A DNA stretch of 64,000 bases from Chiloscyllium plagiosum (Eukaryota), in NCBI RefSeq assembly GCF_004010195.1, contig NC_057748.1, positions 1,749,276-1,813,275 on the forward strand, in the 5' to 3' direction. The notes under the pieces are model-generated. The model saw only the letters and a program-made list of their open reading frames with translations, had not been told where the DNA came from and did not search any database. Of the stretch, positions 35,195-48,237 are shown piece after piece. The translations under genes and the position numbers were made by a program. The first letter of the stretch is position 1; each line of letters starts with the position of its first letter.

Positions 35195-36525
35195 CTGGAA
35201 AATATAGTGAAACGGGAAGAGATCATGGTTTATCCATCTGGAATCAAATAAACTTCAACAATCAAAATCCATATTCTTGTTTTTTACTCATGAAAACAAG
35301 TAAGAATTCTGCCAATTTTAATTAGAACTGGTTTATATTTGATCTACCCATGGATGCAAGGAAATCTTGTATGTGTACAAAACAGTTTGGTTGCATTCAT
35401 AAAGCACTTATCCTCAATGTTCCAAACACAATGTATCCCTATTGAAGCCTAAACTGTTGTCAAATAGGCAAACAGTAATTTGTGCATAAAGATCCCACAA
35501 TAATGATGAATTAATATTCCCAGTTGATGTTTACTGTTCCTGCTGATTTGAAACACCAGTCTTCCCTTTTGAATTACGTTATGATCTCTTATTTACTCAA
35601 ACTGAGCTGTGGTTTAACATTATTATCTGAACGACATGGATTGCTGCATTACTTTGTTTACCAGCATCCAGAACGAGATGACTTCCCACCCGCCCACCAC
35701 GTCACACACTTGTTTGTCCAGTAAGTTGAGGCATGCAAACAGGGCAGTGTTTGGGATGTAGTGATAAAGTCTCTGGACTGATAGTAGACGTTGAGTTTAA
35801 TGGATTTAAATCCCACCATTGCAGCTGTGCAAAAGGACTAGAATTAAAACAAAGCCACCGTCACAGAGACTATTATCGATTTGATTTGTTGTAAAGACCC
35901 ATCTGGTTCATCAATGTCCTTTAGGGAAGGAAATATTTTTAAAAATAGGCTGCAGGACAAAGGCACTAGCGGAGTTGTTCTTGCAGACAGCCAACACACA
36001 CGCACGCACACACACAAAATGGCTCCCTTCTGCACTGTAACTATTCTATGATTCAGACAGGTCAGAGAATCCCAGATTAGTCCTTGAACTTTGTCAGTTA
36101 GGTTTGAATGGACAAGTTAGTGGTAGTGTTTCCATTTGCATGCAAGTCCAAAATTACAGCTCATAAACAGTCACTAATAAATCTAATCAAAAATTCAGAA
36201 GAAACGGGCAATAATCGGTATGTTGCAATTCACTCACGTTTGATTCTCATAGATGACTATTAAAACTGACTCTTATTAGCCAGGCCTTCAGCTATCTAGA
36301 CACCAAGCTCCAGTTCTAATCTTCCCTGACTTCCTTCAAAAGGCTCCTTAAAGTATACTTCCTTCTAGGTGGCCTTAATCAGAGTCATGTTACTACTTTA
36401 AAGGAATTGAACAAATGACTGATGTAATGGAGGACCAAAATGTGGAACTCCTCTGCAAGCTTAATACTTGGAATTAATACAAAGGCCGTTTAGTCGCAGC
36501 CAGTCCCCATTATACAAGATCTCAC

Positions 36526-36670
36526 CGGGACAGAGTACGTGTCGTCAATCTGAAACTCTGCCGGCTCATCCTCCTTGAAACTTGTCCTTGGTGACAGCAG
36601 GTTCAAAAACATCTTCAGCAGATCGAGGTTCTCCCCAGTGACGTTAGAGATCTGGAAAATTGGGCACATC
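36526..36670 (-). CDS. GTPBP1: GTPBP1 exon 7 ([28 protein letters not shown]...[10 protein letters not shown])
   Basis: Manual translation; gtctcag| acceptor and CCG|gtgaga donor. Confidence 0.95.
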
Positions 36671-37500
36671 CTGAGACAAAGGAAAACATAAGGACTCAGT
36701 TATAAGGAGACACACACTCACATTTGACAGTCTTGCCTCATCGAGGACAAACACCAGGGACACTGGGCAGGCACCTTTTGGGGAGTTAATTGGTCAGGGT
36801 GCAGAATACCTCCTGAGTGGTTCAGTGTTCATGAATCCTCATTAAGCACACCACCACTCTCAAGGGGGAAGTAGGGTATGGTCAACAGATGCTGGCTCCA
36901 GACAGAGATGTTCACATCCACAAATGAATGAAAAAAAACCTAATCTTCCTCCAAATCAGTTACAAACACCTGCGTTGAAACCCTCCACTGTTTATCCTGC
37001 TATAATTAAACTCCCCAAGTTTCTAGTCTCACATCAAAAAGCTACCCAAGGGAAGCATGTCCCATTTCACTTTGGTATCAAATGCTTCGTGGGAGCCTCG
37101 GCATAGTCACTGAATTTAGGGCAGCAGCGAGGACACTGACTCGCTATAGGATGAGGAAAGGATTACAAAAAACACAATACCTTAGCTCCTGTGATTGATT
37201 GAAGCATACATGCTGGCCTAGTGGACAAAAAAAAAGTGTCTTGGACTAGGTAGGTGCCTACAAAGGGAAGCAGTTCCTCTTGCACACAGCCAGCACAGAA
37301 ATTACACATCGAATGGAGTTTTCCATACTGTAACAATTCTACAAAAGAATTTGAGCTGACAATGCTGCCCAACCCAATCATGCAACTCGATGATGCTAAT
37401 TGTGGGAACGACAGAAACTATATGGCGGCCAGACGCACTTTCACAGAAAAGGTGGAAAAATATCAAAAAAATGCTTTTATGGGGAGTGTGAAGCCCATTA

Positions 37501-37620
<120 letters not shown>

Positions 37621-38808
37621 TCAATAAAGACAGACAAACAAACCCATCAGCCATTGGACAGTTTATCATAAGTAATGAACTGGAGCACTGTACAGCCACC
37701 CCACAACCAGAGAGTTCTATTGTCCAGACTGTGTCACTACTTCCTGCCCTCAGAAACCTGCACTAAAGGTTCCCATTTTAAGGTTTTGCTTCTGCCTTTT
37801 CACACCAGCTGACTGGTCTTCACATTCACCAAGATATTCACCAAGATATTCCTCATGTTAGAGCAAGGTGCTAAGGATTTAATCACTTTTCATTGTAATG
37901 AACTTTCCTGTTAACAATTGAGTGATTTCACTCCAGCACATTTGGCACTAATCATATATACCATTGACAAAGGATGCAGACAGACTGGAGAAAATGTAAA
38001 AGAAAATTTACAAGGACACTACCAGAGCGGAGAACTCGAGCATCCAGGAGGGACTGAATAGGTTTGGGCAAGAAAAATAAACTTAACAGGTGGCCTGCTA
38101 AAGAGGCTATTAAACTAATAAATGGAGTTGGTCAGGGAGGATATTAAGGAAGATAGTTCCATTATGGGAAAGCAGACAGTCACTAATAAATCCAACAGAC
38201 ATCAGGAGGAATTATTTTTATTCACAAGTTGATTAGAATGTGGAGCTCACTACCAGAGTTAGATTGTTCCTTTTAAAAGTGCATTAGAAGGGTACCTGAG
38301 GGAAAGGCCACAAAGGAGCAAGTTGGGGATAAGAGATGGTTCTTATGGAATGCCAACACCACAAACAGACGAGCTCGGCCAAATGGATGATTTTTGCCAA
38401 TTGGGAATCCAGATCAATACAGGAAAACGGAGAAACAGATAGTCACTTCTCCAGAAATTGCAACACTGACATTGTATAGTTTGTACATGTTGTGCATTCT
38501 TTAACTGGAGAAAGAACAAAATGAAGGAGTGCGTTTTACCCCAAGTGGTTACTGAATGGCAGTGAATTGTGACTTACTTTTGTGTTAAAAATCTATAACC
38601 GTGGATTAAGTTTACCCGTGTTGTGGTCAAGAAAATTCCTACCCAAATTAGTGCCAATGGCCAAAATGGCATCATTATGGCCTCACCTAGGACAGCTCAG
38701 TTCACACACAAAATAGCAACTTCACCTGTCAGCACCTGATACAGGTGGCTAGAAAGAGAACCCACAAGTGTTTTCAAATCACTGACAATTTGGTACTTCA
38801 CCTCTTAC

Positions 38809-38932
38809 CTTGTAAGATATTAGCTGGACACATGTCTATCTTTGTCACCACAACAAACACAGGAACGTTGAGAGCCAGTGCAAGTCCCAGGTGCTCTTTG
38901 GTCATGCCCACAATTCCAGCATTACTACCAAC
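38809..38932 (-). CDS. GTPBP1: GTPBP1 exon 5 ([41 protein letters not shown]; G4 motif TKID)
   Basis: Manual translation; cctaag| acceptor and G|gtaaga donor. Confidence 0.95.
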
Positions 38933-39539
38933 CTTAGGAAGGCAAAGTTCATCCAGTCAGAATGAAAAAAAAGAGGTAGCTGACAATCAGAACTGAATAC
39001 TAAAATTCCTATTCTCTTTTATAGAAATCCTCAGCACATGCTGATTTATAACACAGCAGCAATTGGCTCGAGTGAGTTTTGGGATAGCTACAGCTTATGA
39101 AAGACTCAATAGAAATCCAAGTTTATTATTCTTTTCCCATTGCCTATCAAAGCACACCAAAGCCAGCGGCATTTTCTGGAAGTAACCAGTATAAGTAACA
39201 GCATCAACCAGTCACTGGTAGCAACAGGTTTTAAACATTGAGCTTCTCAGTGTGTGGCCTGTGCAAGTAAACTTGTTTCTGAATTGCGGCCTCAGGCTAA
39301 CTGTTCAAACACTCAGCCTACACTTGCTGATTCAGAGGTACACATTGTCTATCAACTCCATAATGGATAGGAGGCAGGGTACTTGCCTCACCGCTGGAAA
39401 CAAAAGGTCACTCAATCAGGTGTTATTGGGAGACTCCCTTCCCATACATCACCCCTCGTTTCTTCAATAAAGCACTTTCTGGCTACACAGTAGCTAAAAA
39501 TCACACACCAGTTTATAATCCAGCAGGTTCATTTGGAAG

Positions 39540-39574
39540 TACAAGCTTTCGGAGTGCTGCTCCTTCGTCAGGTA
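39540..39574 (-). ncRNA. Minimal hammerhead-ribozyme motif within a Penelope-type repeat (39497-39575), sense to GTPBP1 intron 4
   Basis: Minus strand reads UAC CUGACGA A GGAG-CAGCA-CUCC GAAA GCUU GUA. Core, stem II, palindromic AGCU stem III and a 3-bp stem I are all present. Confidence 0.55.
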
Positions 39575-40278
39575 ACTAGTGGAGTAGTATCATAGGATAC
39601 AATTTATAGCAAAAGATCACAGTATCATATACAGTTACTGGCTTTCACACCCTGGTCTACAGTCTGCAGAGGGAATTCGGCAGATGACGGCAGATTGAGG
39701 CAGCCAGACCCAAACCTTGCTGGTGGAGTGCACCTGTTAACAAGAGACAAGGACAGGACCAAGTCCTGTTCAAATACTACTTAGCCCATGCCTGAGCATC
39801 GTGTCTCACAGGGGAGCATGGCAGTGGGGTAGCAGGCACACTCGGTCTGAATGTCAGTGAGCCAGTGCCACAAGGCAAGCAAGAAGGCCAGGGGGTGGGA
39901 AAGGTCAGGGTTTAAATCCCATTCTAGAAATTCAAGAGCACATCCAATACTAGCACTGCAATAATCAGATAGTGCTGTGCTATCACAGCTGTCCTCTCTT
40001 GGACGCTGCATTAAACAGAGAGTGCCTCCTGTTTGGAAGATTACTTAAAAGTTTCCATAGCTCTAAGAGTGAAGTTCTCCTCAGGTATCCTGGGCCAATA
40101 GGACTTAGCTGAAGAGGAGACAGCTACTTCAAAGGAAAAACCAAAAATCAGTGCATTCAAGCAGGACTGACAGTGAAAGAAAGAGAGGGGGCTGAGGATA
40201 AGTATATTCCAAGAAAGATAAAGGCTTGCATTAGTTGCAAAATCCCTTCAGATGCCCCGAGGTAGCACAAAGTGCTTA

Positions 40279-40680
<402 letters not shown>

Positions 40681-41403
40681 TCATTACACATGACAAGCTT
40701 GACTGAATAGTGTTCGGCAGGGACCATTGACTAAACACTGCTGCGGTCATCTGCAACCAGAAGCCTCCCAGCTCTGCTACCAAAGAGAATTTGGCAAAAA
40801 ACAATTAGACTCCGTTTACAAAATATTCATTACAACTCAATAAATACCAACTGCAGATTCCATTTAACTCTATTTTGAATGCACCAGGGTAACACTTGGT
40901 GTTAATGCTTACCTCCGAAAGAACTAGGTAACAAGAGGAAGTGATTAAAAACAAAGATTATTAACATGAGCTTGTTCATTATATTCCCGATAGCCAGTGA
41001 AGGAAGAAACCAGAGCCAGTCTTTACTTGAAATAGACCTATTCACAGAGTCTAGCATTACGGGTATACAACGCCACAAAACTTCTAGGTTAGAAAAAAGT
41101 GTCTGTGTGCGCACTCAAGTGACCATCTAATCCTTCACTTCAGATGATGCAATTAAGAATTGTACCTGTTGTAGAACATATAGTAGGGCATTAAGTTTGG
41201 ACACAAAGACTGATCAATGGGTCAAGATACAAGGAGGTAACTGACTGGCAAGAAACTCAAAGCCTTCATGAAAGAAGCACTCACTTTCCTCACAGTCTCA
41301 ACAAATAAAAGGCATTGATGATTCCCACTCCTCTACAGGTTGAACACTATGAACATTTTCAGGTTTCTTTTATTTAAAAAATGTGACACTTCTAATGCCT
41401 CAC

Positions 41404-41584
41404 CTGACCTCCAAAAAGTCATTCTCCCCAACTCGCTTCCGCACCAGGTAATCGGCTACTTTTCCTCCTGCCTCCTGACGTTCTCGGAGGAGGATCAGAT
41501 CAGAATAGATCTGCTCAGCTAGACTTTTGACAGTCGCTACAGATGCTTCAATATCCTCATCATTTAGACCATACTTCTTGCCAT
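41404..41584 (-). CDS. GTPBP1: GTPBP1 exon 3 ([15 protein letters not shown]...ENDFLEVR)
   Basis: Within ORF 41400-41681; ttccag| acceptor and AG|gtgagg donor. Confidence 0.95.
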
Positions 41585-41842
41585 CTGGAATAAAGAGATC
41601 ATAAGGATTAAAATGCATACGTCTCATTACCCAGTTATTTTTATTCTGGATTATAAACTGCACAGGGTGAACTGACCACATTCACTGTGCTAAGCTTACA
41701 AATGCCAGGTGGGGACAACTTACAAAGTAGGAGAGCAGGAAGGGAAATGTTTGCACCTAAAGGACATAAAATGGAACAAGTTACTAGTAAAGGATATTAA
41801 AATTGATGACAAATACTGCATTTACCCAGAAACAGACTTTAC

Positions 41843-41954
41843 CTGATCCTTGTCCGATTACATAGATGGTCTCCCCACAACCCTCATCCATTCGCTCGCG
41901 CAACTGTTTCAGCAGGCAGTCATATTGCTCCAAACTTGGACTCACCAACACAAA
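41843..41954 (-). CDS. GTPBP1: GTPBP1 exon 2 ([37 protein letters not shown])
   Basis: Manual translation; gctttag| acceptor and G|gtaaag donor. Confidence 0.95.
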
Positions 41955-42514
41955 CTAAAGCAGAAAAAGGAGAAATGGGTTCAGTGGAAATTTTATGACG
42001 GCCTGAAGACACTTGTTAAAGTCAGGCTTAAACCAGCCAGAACAATGCTTTCCTGCCAATGGTCAGACTTGGAAATTAATTTAATGCCAGACTTTACAAA
42101 GTGCTGCCTTAACTAAACCAAGGAGCTGATCACGAGGTGGGAGTGGAGCACTTTTCTGTTAAAAAACCACTTGGAATCGTAATTGTATCAACAATCCAGC
42201 TGATGACAATTGTATGCTCTCACATTGTCAAGGTTTGCTGATTTGTTCTTTTGTCAATCAGAAAAACAAAGCTTTGGTATGCACAAAGAAGTTGTTATTT
42301 GGATTGTAACCATCACTACTTCTGATGAAGGGTTAAACCTAAATTGTAAACATGTATTTTCTTTTGAAAGTGGTGACTACATGCACATCTTAAATCAGTA
42401 CAAAAAGAGAACAGCTTTGTTTACAACATCCTAATCATTGCACAAACAATTCATTATGTATTGCACAACCAGGATGACATGAAAGTCACAATACACAAAT
42501 ATAAAATCTCTCTC

Positions 42515-42680
42515 GAGGAGAAAGTGAGGTCTGCAGATGCTGGAGATCAAAGTTGAAACTTTATTGCTGGAACAGCACAGCAGGTCAGGCAGCATCCAGG
42601 GAACAGGAGATTCGACAAATCTCCTGTTCCCTGGATGCTGCCTGACCTGCTGTGCTGTTCCAGCAATAAAGTTTCAACTA
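42515..42680. repeat. Penelope-type repeat forming a ~60-bp perfect-arm palindrome
   Basis: agttgaaactttattgctggaacagcacagcaggtcaggcagcatccagggaacaggagatt is followed after a short loop by its reverse complement. Confidence 0.8.
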
Positions 42681-43343
42681 AAATCTCTCTCTACATGCGT
42701 AAACACAAGTTATCAATTTCACCTTGCAATTTATCACAGCCCCGTATTCCTCTCTCACTTATTCATACAAACACAAAATCTACAAAAGGCTTACACTTTG
42801 GAATTAGTGACTTTAAAAGGTGTGATACAAACAAATTGTGGGTAAGTTTAGATACATTCAAATCAATCTTGATAATGATGCACAAATCCCACAAAAGATC
42901 ACATATAAAAAACAACATAATGCACATGGTTCCAGGATTTTAAGTCTGATTCTGAAGGAAGAGTAACATAATTCCATGTTCTAATTGCGTGTGGGTTGGA
43001 GAGAGTGCAGGTGAGGTGTTCTCATGCATCTGCTGTCCTTACCCTTCTAAGTGGTGCATGTTGTGGGTTTGGAAGGTGCTGTTGAAGGAGCTTGGCAAGT
43101 TGCTGCAGTGCATTGTGTAAATATTACTACATTTGAGTTGCAAATGGAACGGAACAGTACACGAATTAATGAATATCTCCACACCTCATATTATGATGTC
43201 GTAGCTGTATGTTCGCTGAACTGGGAAGGCAAACATACCTACAACTACAACAACTGGCAGCCAAACTACAAATGTTTATACAAATCTTGATAACCTGAGG
43301 ATGGAGGGAAAAGGACACTGGCTAAGCAGCTAGGCCTAGAACA

Positions 43344-43558
43344 CTGGATCAGTGGTGCTGGAAGAGCACAGCAATTCAGGCAGCATCCGAGGACAGGCAA
43401 AATCGACGTTTCGGGTAAAAGCCTTTTATTCCTGATGAAGGGCTTTTACCCGAAACGTCGATTTTGCCTGTCCTCAGATGCTGCCTGAATTGCTGTGCTC
43501 TTCCAGCACCACTGATCCAGAATCTGGTTTCCAGCATCTGCAGTCATTGTTTTTACCT
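43344..43558. repeat. Head-to-head Penelope-type terminal repeat palindrome; the plus arm has an intact-looking hammerhead core at 43428-43463
   Basis: ~80-bp inverted arms. Plus strand reads AUUC CUGAUGA A GGG-CUUUUA-CCC GAAA CGUC GAUU. 'taggcctagaacact' flanks both sides like a TSD. Confidence 0.75.
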
Positions 43559-44999
43559 TTTAGGCCTAGAACACTGCCTGGAAAAATTTGCACAGTGATG
43601 CTCAAGTACTGAGCAATTTGTCTACAATAAGCACAATTCTCTTCTTGCTATGAATGACTCCAATCAAAGTGAATTACCTCAGTTCCTATGGACTCCAGTT
43701 TTACTAGAAAATATACACACTAAAATTACATTTTGAAAATGATCTAGTTTTGCTTTGAGTGAGTGTATAGTCCACATCAAATCTATATCTACACTGCAAA
43801 CTACAAACCTGTCAAGGCCACTTAGTTCACAAAAAGGGACAGCACAGGCAGTATGCAGCAAACCGATGAACAGAACAGAAGACGATCCAGCCCCTCAAAC
43901 CTGTTTTACCATTCACTCGATCACCTGTACGTCAGGTATTTACCCACCAACTCTCCACAATTTCTCAACACTTTATCCAGCATAAGCAGATACTGTGGAT
44001 GCTGGATATCTGAAAGTTTTTCAAACTCTGTTTCACTGTTCATAGTTGCTGCCTAATCTATTTGAGGATTTTCTGAATTTTTTGCTTTCATTTTTTAAAA
44101 AGCTCTAAATCTCATGTCTAAACACTGCAATTTGCACTTCCCTACTTGAAAAAGTATTCTGATTTTATCTGTGAATTGACAATTTCATGAAATCGTTTAT
44201 CCAAACAATTTAGATGTATTCATTGTTAAAATAAAATCACACAACACCAAGTTATAGTCCAACAGTGCTTCCAAATAAACCTGTTGGACTATAACTTGGT
44301 GTTGTGAGATTTTTAACTTTGTAACCCCAGTCCAACACTGGCACTTCCAAATTGTGATGTATTCATTAGCTGCAAAATGCATTGGGCCATTCCACATTCA
44401 TGGAAGATGCCACAAAAATGCCAGTGTTCCGTAATTCTACTTAATTTTCAGATTTTAACTCCACCAAGTAAACGATCCCTATGGCGTGCATCTAAACGCC
44501 TCAATCTGATTAATTCCTTTTTAGTTTAGAAGTTTGAGGCTAATCAAGCACTTTGGATGAAGGGGTGTGAACCCTTGATACCTCTCATGACCATAACATC
44601 CCCATCTCCAACCATCTACCTCCCATTCCCAACCTCTATACACCCCCAACCATCCTTCACACACACTCAATCCCTAACCCGCAACTTCATCTCCCCCCCC
44701 CCCACCATTGCCCCCAATCCCCAATCTCCNNNNNNNNNNNNNNNNNNNNNNNNNNNNNNNNNNNNNNNNNNNNNNNNNNNNNNNNNNNNNNNNNNNNNNN
44801 NNNNNNNNNNNNNNNNNNNNNNNNNNNNNNNNNNNNNNNNNNNNNNNNNNNNNNNNNNNNNNNNNNNNNNNNNNNNNNNNNNCCCCAATCCCCGAGTGAA
44901 CCCATTAACATCTCACCAGCAGTTTGTCCCAGGTCTCTTCCCATCCTTTAGCCGCTCTCCCTGGCCACCCAGCTCCCATCATGGCCCCTACCACCCTCA

Positions 45000-46099
45000 C
45001 TTCACCCGCCGGTCCGCTGTCACTGTTACCACCCCCACCTCAGCGGCCCCACGTCTCCGTTTACCTTGGAGGCCAGGTCGGGCTCCAGCTCTCCGTTGAC
45101 ATTCTCGCCGACCTCCCCGTCCAGCTCCGGGGCGAAGATGCTGGCCAGCTCGCCGGCTCCGGGCGGCATCGGGCTTCCCGAGCCCGAGGGCGGCGGGGAC
45201 TCGCAGTTGGGGGAGGCCGCGGGCCGCCTGGCGGCGCCTTTCACCATCGCGGCGACCGGCCCGGGCCCGGCCCCGGCCCCAGGCCCAGGCGCCACCACCG
45301 GCGCCGACATGATCGGGGCCTATCAGCAGGAGGAGCCCGGCCCCTTTAAACAGACGTTAAAGGGAATAAAGATCCGCCGGAACAAAAACAATTCCCGCTT
45401 CAGCAGTTTCAAACCCTCCCCCCCTCCGGCAGTCGTTAGGTAAACAGTTTCAAGGAGCCCCGCCACGGGAATACCCTCGATCGGACAGTTTCAAGGACCC
45501 CCCCCCCGCCACGAGAACCCCTCAATTTGACAGTTTCAAGGACACCCCCACAATCTGACAGTTTCGAGGCCCCCCCTCCACCAGTACCCGTTGGATGGGC
45601 AGTTTCAAGAATCTCGCCCCTGAGCTGTCAGTTTCAGGACCTCCCCTCCAGTAGTTCCAGTGGGGTCAGCCGTTTTAAGTCTCCCCGGTCAGCCGTCTGT
45701 TTCACGAATCCCTCCCCCCCGGTCTGGCTTTAGCAGCAGTTTCAAGTTTCCCGCAGCCGGCAGTTTCAAGGTCTTTTCCGCCTCCAGCCGCCGTTTGGAA
45801 TCACTGGCTCGAAGGCCGCAACGTCAAGGGGAGTCTGACTATTCGTTTTTTTAAAATCAAATGTCTCCAAATCTATATTGTTCCTTTCTCTCCTGCCCCC
45901 CTCCGCATTATCGCTTTGAATTAAATCGCTCGCGGACCGTCCGGACAAACTTGCCGCGCTGGGGGCGGGCCCTGGAAGGGCTGGCTCTACAAAATCTATT
46001 CAATGGCAGCGCGGGGGGACGCATGATGGACGTGTACCCGGACCAATCGTAGCGGATCGCGCTTGAGGTGGGAGGGGCCTGGTGAGCCCACGTGGTCTC
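45000..46099 (-). promoter_or_regulatory. CpG island/promoter and 5'UTR of GTPBP1
   Basis: Very high GC and CpG content, a GC box GGGGCGGG at ~45962 and CCAAT at ~46043. The region abuts the gap. Confidence 0.75.
45065..45310 (-). CDS. GTPBP1: GTPBP1 exon 1 coding part (MSAPVVAPG...ASIFAPEL...DLASK)
   Basis: AAG|gtaaac donor, phase 0. ASIFAPE and DLASK align with the recalled human ASMFAPE and DLTSK. The start codon is ambiguous: a second ATG with a better Kozak context gives MVKG. Confidence 0.85.
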
Positions 46100-46599
46100 N
46101 NNNNNNNNNNNNNNNNNNNNNNNNNNNNNNNNNNNNNNNNNNNNNNNNNNNNNNNNNNNNNNNNNNNNNNNNNNNNNNNNNNNNNNNNNNNNNNNNNNNN
46201 NNNNNNNNNNNNNNNNNNNNNNNNNNNNNNNNNNNNNNNNNNNNNNNNNNNNNNNNNNNNNNNNNNNNNNNNNNNNNNNNNNNNNNNNNNNNNNNNNNNN
46301 NNNNNNNNNNNNNNNNNNNNNNNNNNNNNNNNNNNNNNNNNNNNNNNNNNNNNNNNNNNNNNNNNNNNNNNNNNNNNNNNNNNNNNNNNNNNNNNNNNNN
46401 NNNNNNNNNNNNNNNNNNNNNNNNNNNNNNNNNNNNNNNNNNNNNNNNNNNNNNNNNNNNNNNNNNNNNNNNNNNNNNNNNNNNNNNNNNNNNNNNNNNN
46501 NNNNNNNNNNNNNNNNNNNNNNNNNNNNNNNNNNNNNNNNNNNNNNNNNNNNNNNNNNNNNNNNNNNNNNNNNNNNNNNNNNNNNNNNNNNNNNNNNNN
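46100..46599. other. Scaffold gap of exactly 500 N
   Basis: Counted N run. Confidence 0.95.
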
Positions 46600-48035
46600 G
46601 GACAGCCCTGGTTGACTCTGGTTTCAGCTTATTCTCTGGCTCCCATTGATCTATTTTCTTCCTGTTCTGAACCAATGTCTTTCCCTCTCTTTTTTCTCTT
46701 CCCAGTTTTGCCTATGGCTCTGTCACTTTTTCTTGGTCCTTACTCTCTTCACCGTGAAGGTCCAATCTCTCAATGCCGCTATCCCCCAGCAGGATGGTCA
46801 GACGATTCTCTGCTCCTCCCTTGAACAAAGACACGACTCCCATCAACCTGCTCTCCTCTGCTGGAGCTGAGCTCATTCTCACATTGAACAACTTCTCCCC
46901 TAACTTAACGCACATCCTGCAAACAGAAGCATCACTCCGAAAGCTTGTGATTTCAAATAAACCTGTTAGACTGCAACCTGGTGTCATCTGACTTCTGACC
47001 TTGTCCACCTCTTCCAACACTGGCACCTTCACACAATATCTAATCATAACCTCTTCCATTGCTCCCATCTCTGAGACCATATATTGCAAATTACCTATTG
47101 TCATTTACTCTTCTCTCTTTACCCCAGAACAGCCAATTCTAAAATGGAGGTTTGGACCCCAAATGGGGTCACAGAGTATGATTTTTAATGTTATGAGATC
47201 CAAGGAAGGAATAGATGCTGTGGAGTTTGGACCAAGTTACATTTGCCTTTTTGCTGCTCTGACAATCTCTCATTTCTCATTGAGAGGTCATGACAATTTT
47301 CAAGACTTGCAAAGGGGTGACTGTGGGACAGTGCTTGGGAAACTCTGCACTCAGAGGTAGTGCTGACTTTGAACAATTTTTACAAATCCATCCTCATTTC
47401 ACTCCAATCAAAGACTATCACCCCATCATCGAGAGAACATTTGAACCAGGAGCAGGAGTAGGCCTTTCACCCTTTTGAACCTGCTGAAGTAGATATTGGG
47501 CCATGAAGGTTTGTAGGACGTTTAACATTTGTTTAAAATGCTTACATAAAATAACAACATTTAAATGGCATCTGGATGGGTATGTGAATAGTAAGGGTTT
47601 AGGGGAATGTGGACCAAATGCTGGTTAGTGGGACTAGATTTATTTAGGATATCTGGTCGGCATGGACAAGTTGGACCAAAGGAACTGTTTCTGTGCTGTA
47701 CAGCCCTATGACTCTATGACAACTTTTTAATATTGTATGGTTGGCTGTGAAACACTTTTGGAGTCCTCAGTCTTCAGCTGTGACTCAGGAGTTAGCATGT
47801 TTGCCAGTTCTGAAGATGACTCATATCAGACTTGAAATGTTAACTTTGCTTCTCTCGCCACAGATGCTGCCAGATCTGCTGAGTTTGTTGAGCACATTCT
47901 TTTGTCATTGCAGGTTTACCTTGTTCCCCAAAAGATAGAGGATGTAGTGCCCAAATCTAGATTTCACCCCCATCAGAGATGTCAGATCCAGGATCCTGCC
48001 TGCTTTCCCAGGTAGATATCAAACATCCCATGGCA

Positions 48036-48237
48036 CTATTGAATAATGAGGTCACCAAGATGACAGCGATGGAGTAGGCAATGTCCGGACTCCTCAGCCT
48101 GGTGCTTGTCGCCGAAGGGCCTGTTTCCACACTGTAAGTAATCTAATCTAATCTAATCTAATCTATTGAATAATGAGGTCACCAAGATGACAGCGATGGA
48201 GTAGGCAATGTCCGGACTCCTCAGCCTGGTGCTTGTC
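48036..48237 (+). mobile_element. 52-bp SINE/LINE 3' tail insertion flanked by a 75-bp direct duplication
   Basis: 48036-48110 equals 48163-48237. The insert is gccgaagggcctgtttccacactgtaag(taatc)n. Confidence 0.85.
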
